DNA of 61,016 nt, the filler included, from Basidioascus undulatus (lineage: Eukaryota): NCBI GenBank assembly GCA_000826855.1. It is 7 parts of 7 records of this genome, joined end to end, with 100 filler letters (N's around TTAATTAATTAA, not from the genome) between each part and the next. Parts side by side here need not be neighbours in the genome. Positions count along the whole stretch, not along the records: positions 1 to 26,403 come from JTLS01000189.1; 6 more parts are not named here. The stretch is one strand, 5' to 3'. The translations under genes were made by a program, and so were the position numbers. The notes under the pieces were generated by a model. The model ran no database searches, had not been told where the DNA came from, and saw only the letters and a program-made list of their open reading frames with translations. Numbering within the stretch: the first letter of the stretch is position 1; every line of letters begins with the position of its first letter. Shown piece by piece: positions 11,628 to 23,335 of the stretch.

Positions 11628-13539
11628 TCCTTCCCGTCTCCTCCGCTTTCGTCTTGCCCCACCACACCTTCGCCTCCTTCCCCTCCTCCGAAGAAGGCAG
11701 CAGTTGCCGCTCCCGCGGCGGCTGGAAGAAAGGGCTCGCGGCTGAAGAACCTGTTTGTGCAGGCTGGTAGGAAGGTCCTGGCACCGCTGCGTGGCGTGCG
11801 GTTGGGGTGGCGTTGAGTTGCTTGCGCAGCCAAGCGTTTGTTTTTTCCCACCGATCTTCGTGCCACCACCTTTATTTACCCCTCGTCTTCCCCACCCCAT
11901 TTTCCCTCGCCATTCCCCCCCTTCCCCTTTTTCGTTTCTGAACATCGTTCAGCAGTGTCTCTCTTCGCCTTTCATCGTTTTCATCTGCCGCATGCCCTCC
12001 CTCGTCCGCTCGCTTGCCCGTACCGAATTTGCATGTTACCACTGTCGTTTCGTCGCCATGATATTATACCTCTTGCGTCCTTCTGCATATGTCGCTCCCT
12101 GTTTTCCCAGCTGGATTCCCTACAGGCATTGAGCCGACAACGGGCGGCGAATCCCCCAATTTGCATCCGCGACTGAAATTGTGAACGGGAAACGCGTCCT
12201 CGCCGCGTTCGCTACTTGACCTTGCGCCGTCATCATCCCCAACAAGCATTTCGCTTCACGCGTCCTCCGCTAGCATACATCATGTCTACAACCACGTCTA
12301 CGCCCGTCCAAGTCAGCGATCTGCTGTTCTCCCATCAGCCCGTACCTCCCGTTCGAGCTCGCGCTTGCCGTTCGCCGCGTGTCCACTGCGCAGGGTGCAG
12401 CTCTTCCCTTGCTCCCAGCTCACTTCCGATGCGGCCGCGATAGCTCCACCAATACCTCCGATACCACCCTAATCCTCTGCCAGACCAGCTCGTCCTCGAC
12501 GCCGGGGGAGTCGAGTGGGGGCTGCACGATGGGTTGGGCTCGGACGGCGGTGGATCGGGGAGGAAGGCAAGCCTCGCCTATCCGGTTTGACCAAGGATCG
12601 TGCGCTTGCGTGTGGAATTCTGACAAGGGTTCTCAATAGAACTATACGGTGGAGAAGCGGAACGGACAAGCCGAGGAAATACGTGCGTCCACATCTTTGA
12701 TCAGCGACGTCGCCATGTCGAGCTGATCTGGGGGGGATGGAGGCGGGGGCCGTCAACGTCATGATGCTCGACGAGAAGGACAGGTATATTTCCTTGTTTC
12801 TACGTACGTATGGATTTGCGCTGAAGTGTGCTCGGAGCACCAGGCTGGTTACCGCTCCCCGAAAGCCGCGAAAGCGCTTTCACGGGATTGTCGTGCACAC
12901 GCCGTCGGCCGCGCTGGACAAGGCATGCCCTTCCAACGCAGGCAAGATAACTGCAAGTCTTCTAAACAGGTGATTTCCCACCGGAAGCTGCGCACTAACC
13001 AAGCGGAGGAGATCGTGCAGGACAAGCTGCTCAACCGCCTCCTCGGCCAACTACCTGATGCAAGCCCTCGCCGGAGATCACGCACGTCCTCACGCCCGTA
13101 TCGCCTGCTCTCCTTGTGCGCTATGATCCTAGCGTAGCCTCGATGGTTTTGGTGTGCTCGATCTCCCGTATGGGGACTGGCCATGGGTACCGGACTGACA
13201 GCTGAGCATTTCAGCTCGAGCGCCAATGGGAATTTAGAGAGACACAGGTCACGTTCATCCATCCGCAATGGTACTGAACGTCAGGCGTACGTACATACAA
13301 GGCGATTGGCTGAATTGATAGGTTGGGGTGGGGGACAGGATCACGGCAAGCGCTCTCGCCGGCGTGCTGCTGCCCGAGAGCCCTTTCCTTTTCAACCGCA
13401 TGTACACGTCGAAGGCCGGGAAGCTCTCGCTCCCTTTCAGTCCATTCCACTCCAGCAGAGCCAATTCACTAAAGCCCACGCGTCCCTTGGAGTCTCGCTC
13501 GTCCGCTCAGCCGCCTCTGCTTCGTCCGCGCCTCTTCAT

Positions 13540-14350
13540 GGGCTCGGGATTGTGTCTCTGACGAACGTCCTCATCGACCTGCCGCGCTCGGCGTATCCGG
13601 ATACGTTCAGTCACGCGCTCCTTGGCATCGCGGCTATGGCGGACCGCGATGGGCAAGTCCGCCACGTCAACTCGGAGAGAGCGGAGGCGCAGGCGCTCGA
13701 TGCTCTCGTTCGCTCAACCGACGTTTGCGTGACCGAGAATATGGCAAGCCGCTCCTACTTCAGTGTGAGTCTCTCACCAATCCTTCTCTGTCCGCTTGTC
13801 GTATTTCCGCCGCCACATGTTATGCACGGAAGACTGACCGAGATTTTGTTCAAGTCCGCTCGCAAGGACGTGTCAGCCATCGTCATCGACGCCGTCATGC
13901 AGCGCCAGCTTCCCAGCCTTCCCATCAACACTGAGCTGCCCAAGCCGCCCGCGGTCCTCGTGCACACGGACGTTCTTCTCGCCGGCTTCCCAAAGGACTG
14001 AGAACCGCCTCAAGGGCATCGTGAAGCACCTCGGCGGACAGTAAGCCCTTTTCAGACTTCTTTAGTTTGCATCTCCTCGCTGACGGCGAATCCTACTCCA
14101 GCTGCACTCAGGCAGCCCACCGTTAACTCAGGCAGTCCACCGGAAGCCGTGACCGATTGTGATCGCGACGCGTGAGACCTTCTGGCCCCCTTCTCGCCGG
14201 ATCCCACGTGGGGGCTCACAAATCCCCACTCGTTTCTCAGGGACGCGGCTTTCGCAGATGCGAACGGCTCGCGCCGCTACACGCACCTGACGGTCGTCTC
14301 GCCCGGCTGGCTCGCCGACTGCGTCCGCTTCGGGTACCGCCCTACACCCA
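13540..14350 (+). pseudogene. BRCT-domain protein fragment, apparently frameshifted
   Basis: VLLAGFPK / ENRLKGIVKHLGG resembles a BRCT start but needs a frame change at ~13995-14001. LTVVSPGWLADCVRFG (~14287-14334) matches the BRCT W-x3-C signature. Upstream exons are not resolved. Confidence 0.45.
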
Positions 14351-15330
14351 GCCCCGCAGCGTACCCGCCTCGTCCGCTCGGACTTAGGGGACAGGCGCTC
14401 TTTGGACATGAAGCGAAGGGTCTGCAGGCCAGGAGAGGGGTCAGCTGGAGGTGGCGCGCTGCAAAGGAGGTGCGTCCGTCTCTCTGGGCAAAGCTGTCGG
14501 ACGGGTGCAGGACATGTAGAGCTAAACCAGGCTAGGACAGATGTATGTCAAGAAGGCGAAGGGGGGGAAGGGTCCGGAGAAGAAGTGGCCGTGATGACTG
14601 CTGTTTCTTGGGGGCTGCGGTAATCCTACCCATGTCGTTCACTGTCATTGCGCAAGCGCCTGAAATTTGTCACGGTATACCTAAGAACGTACAGTGGTTT
14701 AGTTACAGGCAAGGAATGCGCTCAATCTGCGTTTAGAACTAGCCTGTCCGTAACGGATGCCGGTGCTCTGTGGCAGTTGAGCATGTGGTTTCCTTTGCCA
14801 CACTTGCTATCCTGGCCGAAGCTGGGCCTTTTGGGAGCACAGCTCCTTGAAAATGTATCATTAATTCAGGGTTGCTTCGGGGTTGGTTCGGTCCAAACGC
14901 ACCTGTTGACGATGAGACGGAGGCGACAGCAGTCTTGAAGACCCACCCAACCCTCGAGCTTTGGTTGTGCAAGAGCGGGGAATGGGAACGAAAGCTGGAC
15001 TTTCGGTCGCGGTTGCGCTGTATAGGTCTTTTGTGCTGCTTGATCGAGCTATTGTCCCGATGCATCTGCTGCAGTATCTTCTTGGGCGCCCTGCAGTTAC
15101 TGCTTATTCCCACGCATTGAACGTATTCTCGCAATCGTGCGAAACAAGACAAGAGAGATCTATGCGTAGCGAATCTAGACGTGACATACGAGACCAGGAA
15201 AATACAATGACGGTAATGTGATAGGTAGGGGTATGGATCCAAAGAGATGATGAAAAGAGCGAAAAGAAACAGTCCGCGAAGCGTGAACCATGAACAAGAC
15301 GAATTGGACAAAACCCAAGAAAGAGCGCGC

Positions 15331-18300
15331 TTAGTCCTGGCGATCAAACGCAAGATTAGCTTTTATCGCTGCAATATGGTGCTGGAGGGAACGTACGCTC
15401 TCGGTGTCCGGCTCGCGAGGCGCACCGGTAGAGTCGCTGAGCCACTTGAGCTTGCGAGCCGCGCGACGCGCTTCTTGGGCTGTACAGCGGCGAAAGGACG
15501 TCAGTGCCGGCGATCGGATGTGAATGAACGAGCAAAGGTTGTGCGCACCCTTGATCTCGTTACGGGTCTGAAGAGAGTGGCAACCACAATGCGTCAGTCA
15601 GAACACCCACGCCAACACCCGGATCGCTCTTCAGCTCAATCATACCTTCTTCTTCTTCTTCCTGGCCACGGGAGGCGTAGAAGCGCCGTCCTCGGCGGCG
15701 GAGTTGGCGGCGCTGTTCTGGTTGGAGGCGGCACGGGAAGCGGCGCGAGACGCGGCGCGAGAGCCGGTCTTGGGGGTCTTGGCCTCCTGCTCTCCCACTC
15801 AAGTCAGCGTCTGTAGATTCATAAAAAGCAGAATTGCAGTCGACGTACCGGAGCGTCCTCGATTTGAGTGATCTTGCCCTCCTGCGTGAGAACACCGGCC
15901 TGCAAACCAAGTCGTCAGCTTTCAACATTTGGAGGTTGTAAATGATCGTCTCACATCGACGTTCCAGATCTGAGGTGAACGTCAAGCACCCAATGTCAGC
16001 TCTTAACTGGACAGGCTAGATTACCCGCAACGCGTACCTCAGGGCAGACGGCGTGCACCTATTGATCGTTGCATACATCAGCACCTGTTCGTCTTATGGC
16101 AGGCTTGCGAGAGAACGTACAAACTCGAGGTTGTGAGAGATGACACAAACGGCACCGGTCCACTCGTTGATGGCCGTGGCGAGACCACCGACGGATTCGC
16201 GGTCCAAGAACTGTAGGGAAAAAAATCGATGAGCTGGGATGAAGTGGTCGCGAATAAACGCATGAACGAACGTTGGTTGGCTCTGCGCAAGGAAGTGGCG
16301 CCGTCAGCGACTGGTTCGAACAAGGATTATGACAGCGTGAGGAGGCTCACCGTCGAGAATGAGGATCTGCGGGTTGTTGTACATGGCCGCACCAATGACG
16401 ACCTTGACCTTCTGACCACCCGAAAGACCAGCTGCGAGCACGAGCGTCCGATCGGGTCAGCCTCCGAGCTTTTCCTCTCCGAACCACAACCGCAAAGAGG
16501 ACGTACAGATCTCGTTGTACTGCGCAATGTCGCCGTCCAAACCCAAGTCCTCGAGCATCTTCCGGATGTTGTCGGCCTTGTTCTCCTTCTGGCCCGCACC
16601 CTCGCGCGACGCCTCAAGGTCGTCGAACTGCTGCACGAGCTTCGTGAAGCCGTGCTCAATGAGGTCCTCGCGGGGCATCCAGGTGTTGTACTAGGGGTTG
16701 AAAGAAGCATCAGCGATTGGACGGGCGTGGTGATCCGCAGCGCGGATTGAACGCACCCGGTGGTCCAGACCCCGCCACTTGATCTCGTACTGGTAGCTCT
16801 TCTTCAGCTTCTGACGACCTGCGCACAGTGAACAGTCAGCGCCATGCGCAGCGAGTAATATCAGCGAAGCTTAAGGCTACGCACCGATGATGAACTCGAC
16901 CTTGCGCTTCTCGCCAGTCTTGCCGACAATCTCCTTCTCCATCAACGCCGCCTCCTCGGCGGTCATCTTGCGCGACGCCTTCTCCGTCACCTCGCGGTCG
17001 TGACCATCCTGGTAACGCCACTGGATGTACTGGATGGGGGTCTTCTCGAGATGTTGCTCAATCTGCAAAGTCAAACCTTAAGTCAGCGTAAACTTCTACG
17101 AAGGGTGGCTAAAGAGGGGAGACATACGTGGTGGAACGCATGCTGCGCCACGTAACCGACACGCAAGTTCGGGTGCTTGTAGACGGACCCGCTTTGCGGG
17201 ATCGTCTCGCCCGTGATGAGCTTGATGAGCGTCGACTTGCCAGCGCCGTTCGGGCCGAGGATGCCGACGCGGGACGAGAGCGACAGCGCGCACGAGACGC
17301 TGTTGAGCTGCGGCCTGGGCGTGCCCGGGTACTGGAACACACAGTCCTTGAGCTTCATGATGGCGCGCGTGTTGGAGCGGACGCCCATGAGTGAGCCAGG
17401 GGGAGGGAAGGAGAACCTGAAGGTACGGAGCGTCAGTGGAGCTGTATAGGAAGATCAATTCCAAAAGAGAGAGAACGCACTTGATGGTGGTCGCCTCGAG
17501 AGTGTAGTACGCTTGCGCAGCCGGGACCTTCGCGACGAACTGGGAGAGGTTGCCCTTGTAGTAGACGAGCTAGGAAAGGCAGCCCCGTCAGCGGCTGTCT
17601 GCAAGTAACAATCCATGGCCAGCAGACACGTACCCGCTTGTCCTCGTAGTGCATGATGTCCGTGCAGACCTTGTCGAGGAAGCCGGAGTCGTGAGAGACG
17701 GTGAGAATGGTCGTGTTGTTGCTGACGAGCCAGTTCTCGAGCCAGGCGACGGATTGCACGTCGAGGTGGTTAGTCGGCTCGTCGAGGAGGAGGACGTCGG
17801 CGCCGACGAGCATCGCACGGGCGAGCTCGAGCTGAAGCACGCGGTCGGTGATGTCAGTCCCTGTGCGGCGCCAAGCGAACGCGTCAAAGTAGACGGAGAC
17901 TAAACGAACCTTCATCTTCCAACCACCCGAGAGACTGCCGACCTGGTCCTGCTGCTTCTCGTCCGAGAAGCCGACGGACAGCAGAGCTTCGGCAATCTTG
18001 GAGCGAGGAGTGTTAACGAGGTTGGGGTCTGCAACAACGCAGGTCTCGTCAGTTGGAATGGCTAGAGGGGCATCTTGGGTCTGACTCACCGGCAGCGATG
18101 AAATCGATGATGGATAGCGAGGTGTCCTCGCCCTGGAGCGCGTGCTCGACCATGATCGTCCGGAGCTTGTCCTGCGGCGGGAAGCCCTCGACCTACGATA
18201 TCACACGAGACCAATCCGAATTCAGCTCGCATACCCTTCCACCGATTCCAACAGGGTCAAAACGTACCTTTCCGTCCCGGATAGCCTTGAGCAGGGTACT

Positions 18301-19998
18301 CTTGCCCTTGCCGTTTCCAGCGCAAACACCGTACCGGCGCCCGCGGACGATGCGCAGGCGGGTGTGATTGAGAAGGAGGAGACCGCCGTACGCGAGCGAG
18401 AAGACGAGGTTGCAGAGCTCCTCGCCGTCGTCCTCGTACTCCTCCGCCGATTGCGCGTTGGCACGCTGCCAGCAGAGTAACCGCGTTTAGCTCCGCGCTC
18501 CCACACAACCGACTGATGTACCACCGGACTGACCTGGTCGACCTCCAAGAAGATATCCAACACCTCCTTCCCGACGGCCTTGCCCTCCTCGCGCCCGCCC
18601 TGCAGGAAGTGCGCGACGTACGGAGCAATGACGACGTCGACCCAACGCTTCTCGTCAAAGTCGCGCTCGTACGCCAAGTCGGCCGCCATCTCCGCGACGT
18701 ATGCGGTGCTGGTCGCGATGACCGAGTCCTGCTCGATGGACGCGGCAGGGGAGACAACCTTGTACTTGTCGGACGACAGGACGCGGTGGAGCACGCCGGC
18801 AGCGGTGACGACCTCCGCGCCGCGGGAGCGGGTCGTGGCGACCGAGGTGGAGGAGGCGCCGGCGGAGAGGAGGATGGAGAGGGTCGTCGCGGCGAATGCG
18901 CGGATCTCGGGGAACGCGGCGTTCTCCTTGATGGACTGGACGCTCGGGACGAGCTCGCCGAGGTAGCGAGCCGCGACCTGCGGGTCACGCACGAGCTTGA
19001 CCAGGTTACCGAGGACGATGACGGTCATGCGGATCGTCTCCATGCTCTTCTCCTTGAGCGCGCGGGTGAGGAGGGGGACGAGCACGGCGAGGACGGGACC
19101 GGTGACCTCGGCGACGAAGGTGGTGGAGGAGAGGGCCTTGACGAGGGCGGGAACGTTGGAAGGGGACGCCATGGACGCCACGAGCGCAGGGACATGCTTC
19201 GCGATGTCCGGGTTCTGAAGGAGCGCGCAAATGTCCCGAGCGCACTTCTTCGCAGCCGTGGAGACCTGACCAAGACCATTGATCAGAATCCGCTGCCAGT
19301 CACCTAGCCGAGCTTGAGAAAAAGACATACCTCAGACTTAGTGTCGTGCATGGCCGACTCGAGGCGGGGGACGATCTCGCCGAGCATCTCTCCCATCCGA
19401 TTCCTCCAATCCTCCCCGCGCTTGACAAGTCCACCGAGAACGACGAGCGCCCCGCGCTTGGTCTGCCATTTTGCACCTCCGTCAAGGCACTCCCAGAGCG
19501 TGGCGAGGAGGGCGCGGAGGACCTCGGCGGGGACGAGGGCGACGAGCTCGTCCGCCGCGGCCTGGGCGGCCTCGCGCACGACGTCGCCCTTGTCGGAGAG
19601 GAGGTCGAGGAAGATGGGGAGGAGCGGGAGGAAGAAGGGCTCGACACCGCCGATGGTCCGCGCGCGGCGGAAGAGGGACGAGAAGCCCACGCACGCAGAC
19701 TCGCGCTCGTACCCTGACTTTTTGTTGGTGGCGGCACTGCGGAGGCTGGCGATGATGCCTTGAGACCTGAGAAGCGTGCATGGGAATCCCTTGTCAGCTT
19801 GAGATGGTGATCCTTAACCTAAAGGAGGAATACGTACTCGAGCGAGCGAATGCCGGTCTTTTCAACGTGGGCGGCGAGGCGCTCGGCCTCGCGCCTGCAG
19901 TCCGAGGCGGTGGGCGCCTTGAGGAGGGCGGCGATGATGTCCTGGGGGCCGCCCTCGCCGCCAGAAATGGAAAGGTCCGCGAGACTGATGGGCGACAT
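15331..19998 (-). CDS. NEW1: eEF3-family ABC-F ATPase (New1/Elf1-like): HEAT repeats, two ABC domains, chromodomain insert
   Basis: HEAT region (KWQTKRGAL, ALSSTTFVAEV), Walker A GPNGAGKSTLIK, signature LSGGWKMK, LLLDEPTNHLD, chromo-like GRQKLKKSYQYEIKWRGL, and a basic C-terminal ARRAARKLKWLSD...PREPDTE tail typical of the New1/Elf1 branch. Confidence 0.88.
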
Positions 19999-20541
19999 GA
20001 CTGCGCGGGTGGCGAGGAAAAGGAAGGGAAGGAAGGCGGAGGGAAGGAGGAGGACGAGGGCAGAGAGGAAGACGCTCAGCTGGGTTCAAGAGCGGATCGC
20101 TTTCAAGGCGCATCTGGGCCGTGCGCAGTTCGAAAGATTTCAAGCTGGCGCACGTGAAAGAAATCGCTGCGATATTGGCCTGTTTCCCCCTTCACGTTTG
20201 CTCTCTTTCCCTTACCTCCCTTACCGTAATGTTCTTGTTGTACCCTGATGTACTGTATTTTCTTGCAGGGAGCCGGGAAGTCACCAATTGCTTGTGCGTA
20301 CGCATGTTTTGCTGGCATGCGGAACCGAGCAGCCTGCCGGGACTGGCGACGCCGGGATTGGCGATGTCAGTGGCCCTCCTCCACTCGCTGACTTTGTCGT
20401 CTTCACACGTCGGCACCGTACTCTTATTCCCACAATCTTCAGCGCAGAGCAACACAGAGACACCCCTCTCCTCGAACATTGACTCGACTACTGACGGTTC
20501 AATCTCCCATCGTTACCTCTCAATACGCTCCTCACGGTGCT

Positions 20542-22498
20542 ATGGCGTTTCGACTGCTGCGAGTTGCCTCCCTCGTCCCTCGAAGGACTCCCTCCTCTTT
20601 CATCTCTTTCCGCCACTATGCGTCCCTCCCCCCTCGCGGACCCTATACCAAGCTGTCCTCAGAAGATATTGATCAGCTCTCAACGCTCTTGTCGTCCCCC
20701 TCAGCCTCCCTTCTGACGACTCTCGGTGAATCTCCCTTCGCGATAACCGAGGGCGAACTTGCGCAGTTCAATGTGGACTGGATCGGGCGCTTCCGGGGAT
20801 CCAGCCGCGTGGTCGTCCGGCCACGGTCCGTCGAAGAGGTCAGCCGCGTGCTGCGGTGGTGCAACGAGCGCAGGGTCGCTGTCGTCCCGCAGGGAGGAAA
20901 CACGGGCTTGGTCGGTGCGCCTCTCGCAGAGTCCCCTATTCAATAGATAGGTGCCTGACCCGCTACCCACAGGCGGCTCTGTACCGGTGCACGACGAGCT
21001 TGTCCTGTCGCTCTCCTCACTCTCGAAAATCCGATCTTTCGACCCTGTCTCGTCCGTCGTTTCCGCCGACGCGGGAGTCGTCCTCGAGTCGCTCGACGCC
21101 TTCCTCGCTTCGAAGGGTCATATCGCTCCGCTCGACTTCGGCGCCAAGGGCTCGTGCCAGATCGGCGGCAACATCGCCACGAACGCAGGCGGCATGCGTT
21201 TCTTGCGCTACGGCAGCTTGCACGGCAACGTCCTGGGACTGGAGGTGGTTCTGCCGGATGGGAGAATCTTGAATATGATGAAGGGACTCAAGAAGGACAA
21301 TACGGGTGCGGATTCTGTGCATATGTCGGTTCGCACAGGTTCCCAGACTGATGTGGGCGTTACCGTCCGCAGGCCTGGACCTCAAGCAGCTTTTCGTCGG
21401 TTCCGAAGGATCGATCGGCATCATCACTGGTGTTTCGCTCTTTGCGCCCAAGCGCCCTCCCACGTCGAACGTCGCGCTCCTGGCGCTACCCTCCTTTCAA
21501 GCTGTCCAAGACACCTTCAGCGCGACGCGCCAGCACCTCGGCGAAGTCCTTTCCGCGTTCGAGTTCTTTGACGCGGCCGCATTCCATATCTCAAAGAGAC
21601 ATCTTGGTGGAAAAAGAACATTCGAAAGCGGGGAGGATGCGCCGTTCTTTGTTCTGGTCGAGACGAGTGGGTCCAACAAGGAGCACGACGACGAGGTGCG
21701 CGCTTTCACGACCTTACCGTCTCCCCTACGCGCTTGACACTGACTATTCTTGAAACGAAGAAACTCCAAAACCTCCTCTCGCACCTCCTCGAGTCCGAAA
21801 CCATCGCTGACGGCGTTCTCGCGCAAGACGCGTCGCAGATCGTCCAGCTTTGGTCGCTGCGCGAGGGCATCACCGAGTCGGCCTCCAAGCTCTTCAAGAC
21901 GTACAAGTACGACCTGAGCATCCCCGTCCCATCAATGTACAACATTGTCGAGGTCATGAGGGCGCGCTTTGCGGACGCGGGGTTGCTGCATCCTGAGGGC
22001 GGAGGTCCCGAAGGGGCGGTGAGGGGCGTGTGGGGTTTCGGACACCTAGGTGCGCCGCGCTGTCGTCATGCCCGTCGAGTAGTTGCGTCGGCCATTCTGA
22101 TATTGCAATTCGCAGGGGACGGGAACCTACACCTCAACATTGGCGTGGACACGTACAGCGACACAGTACAGCGGCTCATCGAGCCGTTCGTTTACGAATG
22201 GGTTTGTAAATCGTGTCACCTCCCTCCCTCCCATTTCACACCGCACAGCTCCCAACTGAAACGCGGCACGGCGACTAGCCGAGCACAATGGCTCCATCTC
22301 AGCCGAGCACGGCCTAGGCCTGCAGAAGGCGCCGTGCATCAAGTATTCGCAGTCGCCGTTAGCGATCGAGCTAATGAAGCAGCTCAAGAGCATCTTTGAT
22401 CCGAACAACATCCTCAATCCCGTTCGTCCGAGTAGTGCGTAGCTTGGGCTTTCGAGCCTGACGTTGCTTCCTTGCAGTACAAGTTTGTTACCGTCTGA
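20542..22498 (+). CDS. DLD2: FAD-linked D-2-hydroxyglutarate/D-lactate dehydrogenase, mitochondrial
   Basis: Arg/Ser-rich presequence, then VVPQGGNTGLVG-GSVPVHDE, PLDFGAKGSCQIGGNIATNAGG, LKKDNTG-DLKQLFVGSEG, FGHLG-DGNLHLN, GSISAEHGLG and FDPNNILNP-YK. Confidence 0.95.
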
Positions 22499-22614
22499 GG
22501 CAGTGGGGACTTGCGACGGCGGACTCTCGAGCACGCGATGAGTTTATTGTTACTGGACCTTGAGCTCGGTCGAAGTCATGTTGGCAGTGCTGGTTTGAGA
22601 TAACGGCCTTGTAC

Positions 22615-23335
22615 AGTTCGCGGCCACCTATCTGCGCGGCACCGCCTTCACCTGGATCGAACCACACCTGTCTTGCAAATTGACCCTGTCGTCCAGTCCT
22701 GGCCCGCTTTCAAGGAGTCCTTCCTAAGTCCCTCGGCGACCCGGATCGCGGACGCACCATCACTCGCGAGCTCCAAAGCTCACCCCAGACTGGTTCCGCC
22801 GCTGCCTATGCCACCGACTTCTTTCGCCTCGCCGCCGCACTCGAATGGAACACCACCCAAGCCCTTCAGGCGCAGTTCTACGCTGACCTCAAGCCCGACG
22901 TCAAGTACGCCTGCGCTCTCGTCGATCGAGACCTCAGTACGGTCCAAGACCTCTCCGACCTTGTCATCCACCTCGACAACCGACGCTTCGAACCACTCAA
23001 GGAAGCTCGAAGGGCTTCCCCTGCGGCTGCCACCCCAGCTAGGCCCGCTACCCGCCCCAATGTCATATCCTCCACGCCGTCCCGCCCGGCCGCCTCTGCT
23101 CCCGCCGCAAGCCCTGGCCCCGCTCCCATAGACCTCGACGCCGTCCGACACCGTTACCGGCCCCTTACAAGCGAAGAACGGCAGTACCGAATTGACCACC
23201 GCCTCTGTCTCTACTGCGGACAGCCCGGCCACATCTCCCGCAACTGCACCACCAAGGTTTCCCAGCCTCCCGCCCGTCCTGCTAATGCTGCATCCCTCCA
23301 GGCGGCAGAGCTTGCCCTCAGCTTGGGAAACGAAC
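22615..23335 (+). mobile_element. Degenerate Ty3/gypsy LTR-retrotransposon gag fragment
   Basis: Across frameshifts: FAATYLRGTAFTWIEP, WPAFKESF, QTGSAAAYATDF, QFYADLKPDVK, PAPIDLDA, and zinc knuckle CLYCGQPGHISRNC (~23205-23250). No pol or LTR recognised. Confidence 0.85.

Noticed and set aside
18142..19781. Numerous long overlapping or antisense ORFs here and throughout the window
   Set aside because: These are shadow ORFs expected from high GC3 codon bias, with Arg/Ala/Pro-rich translations and no motifs.
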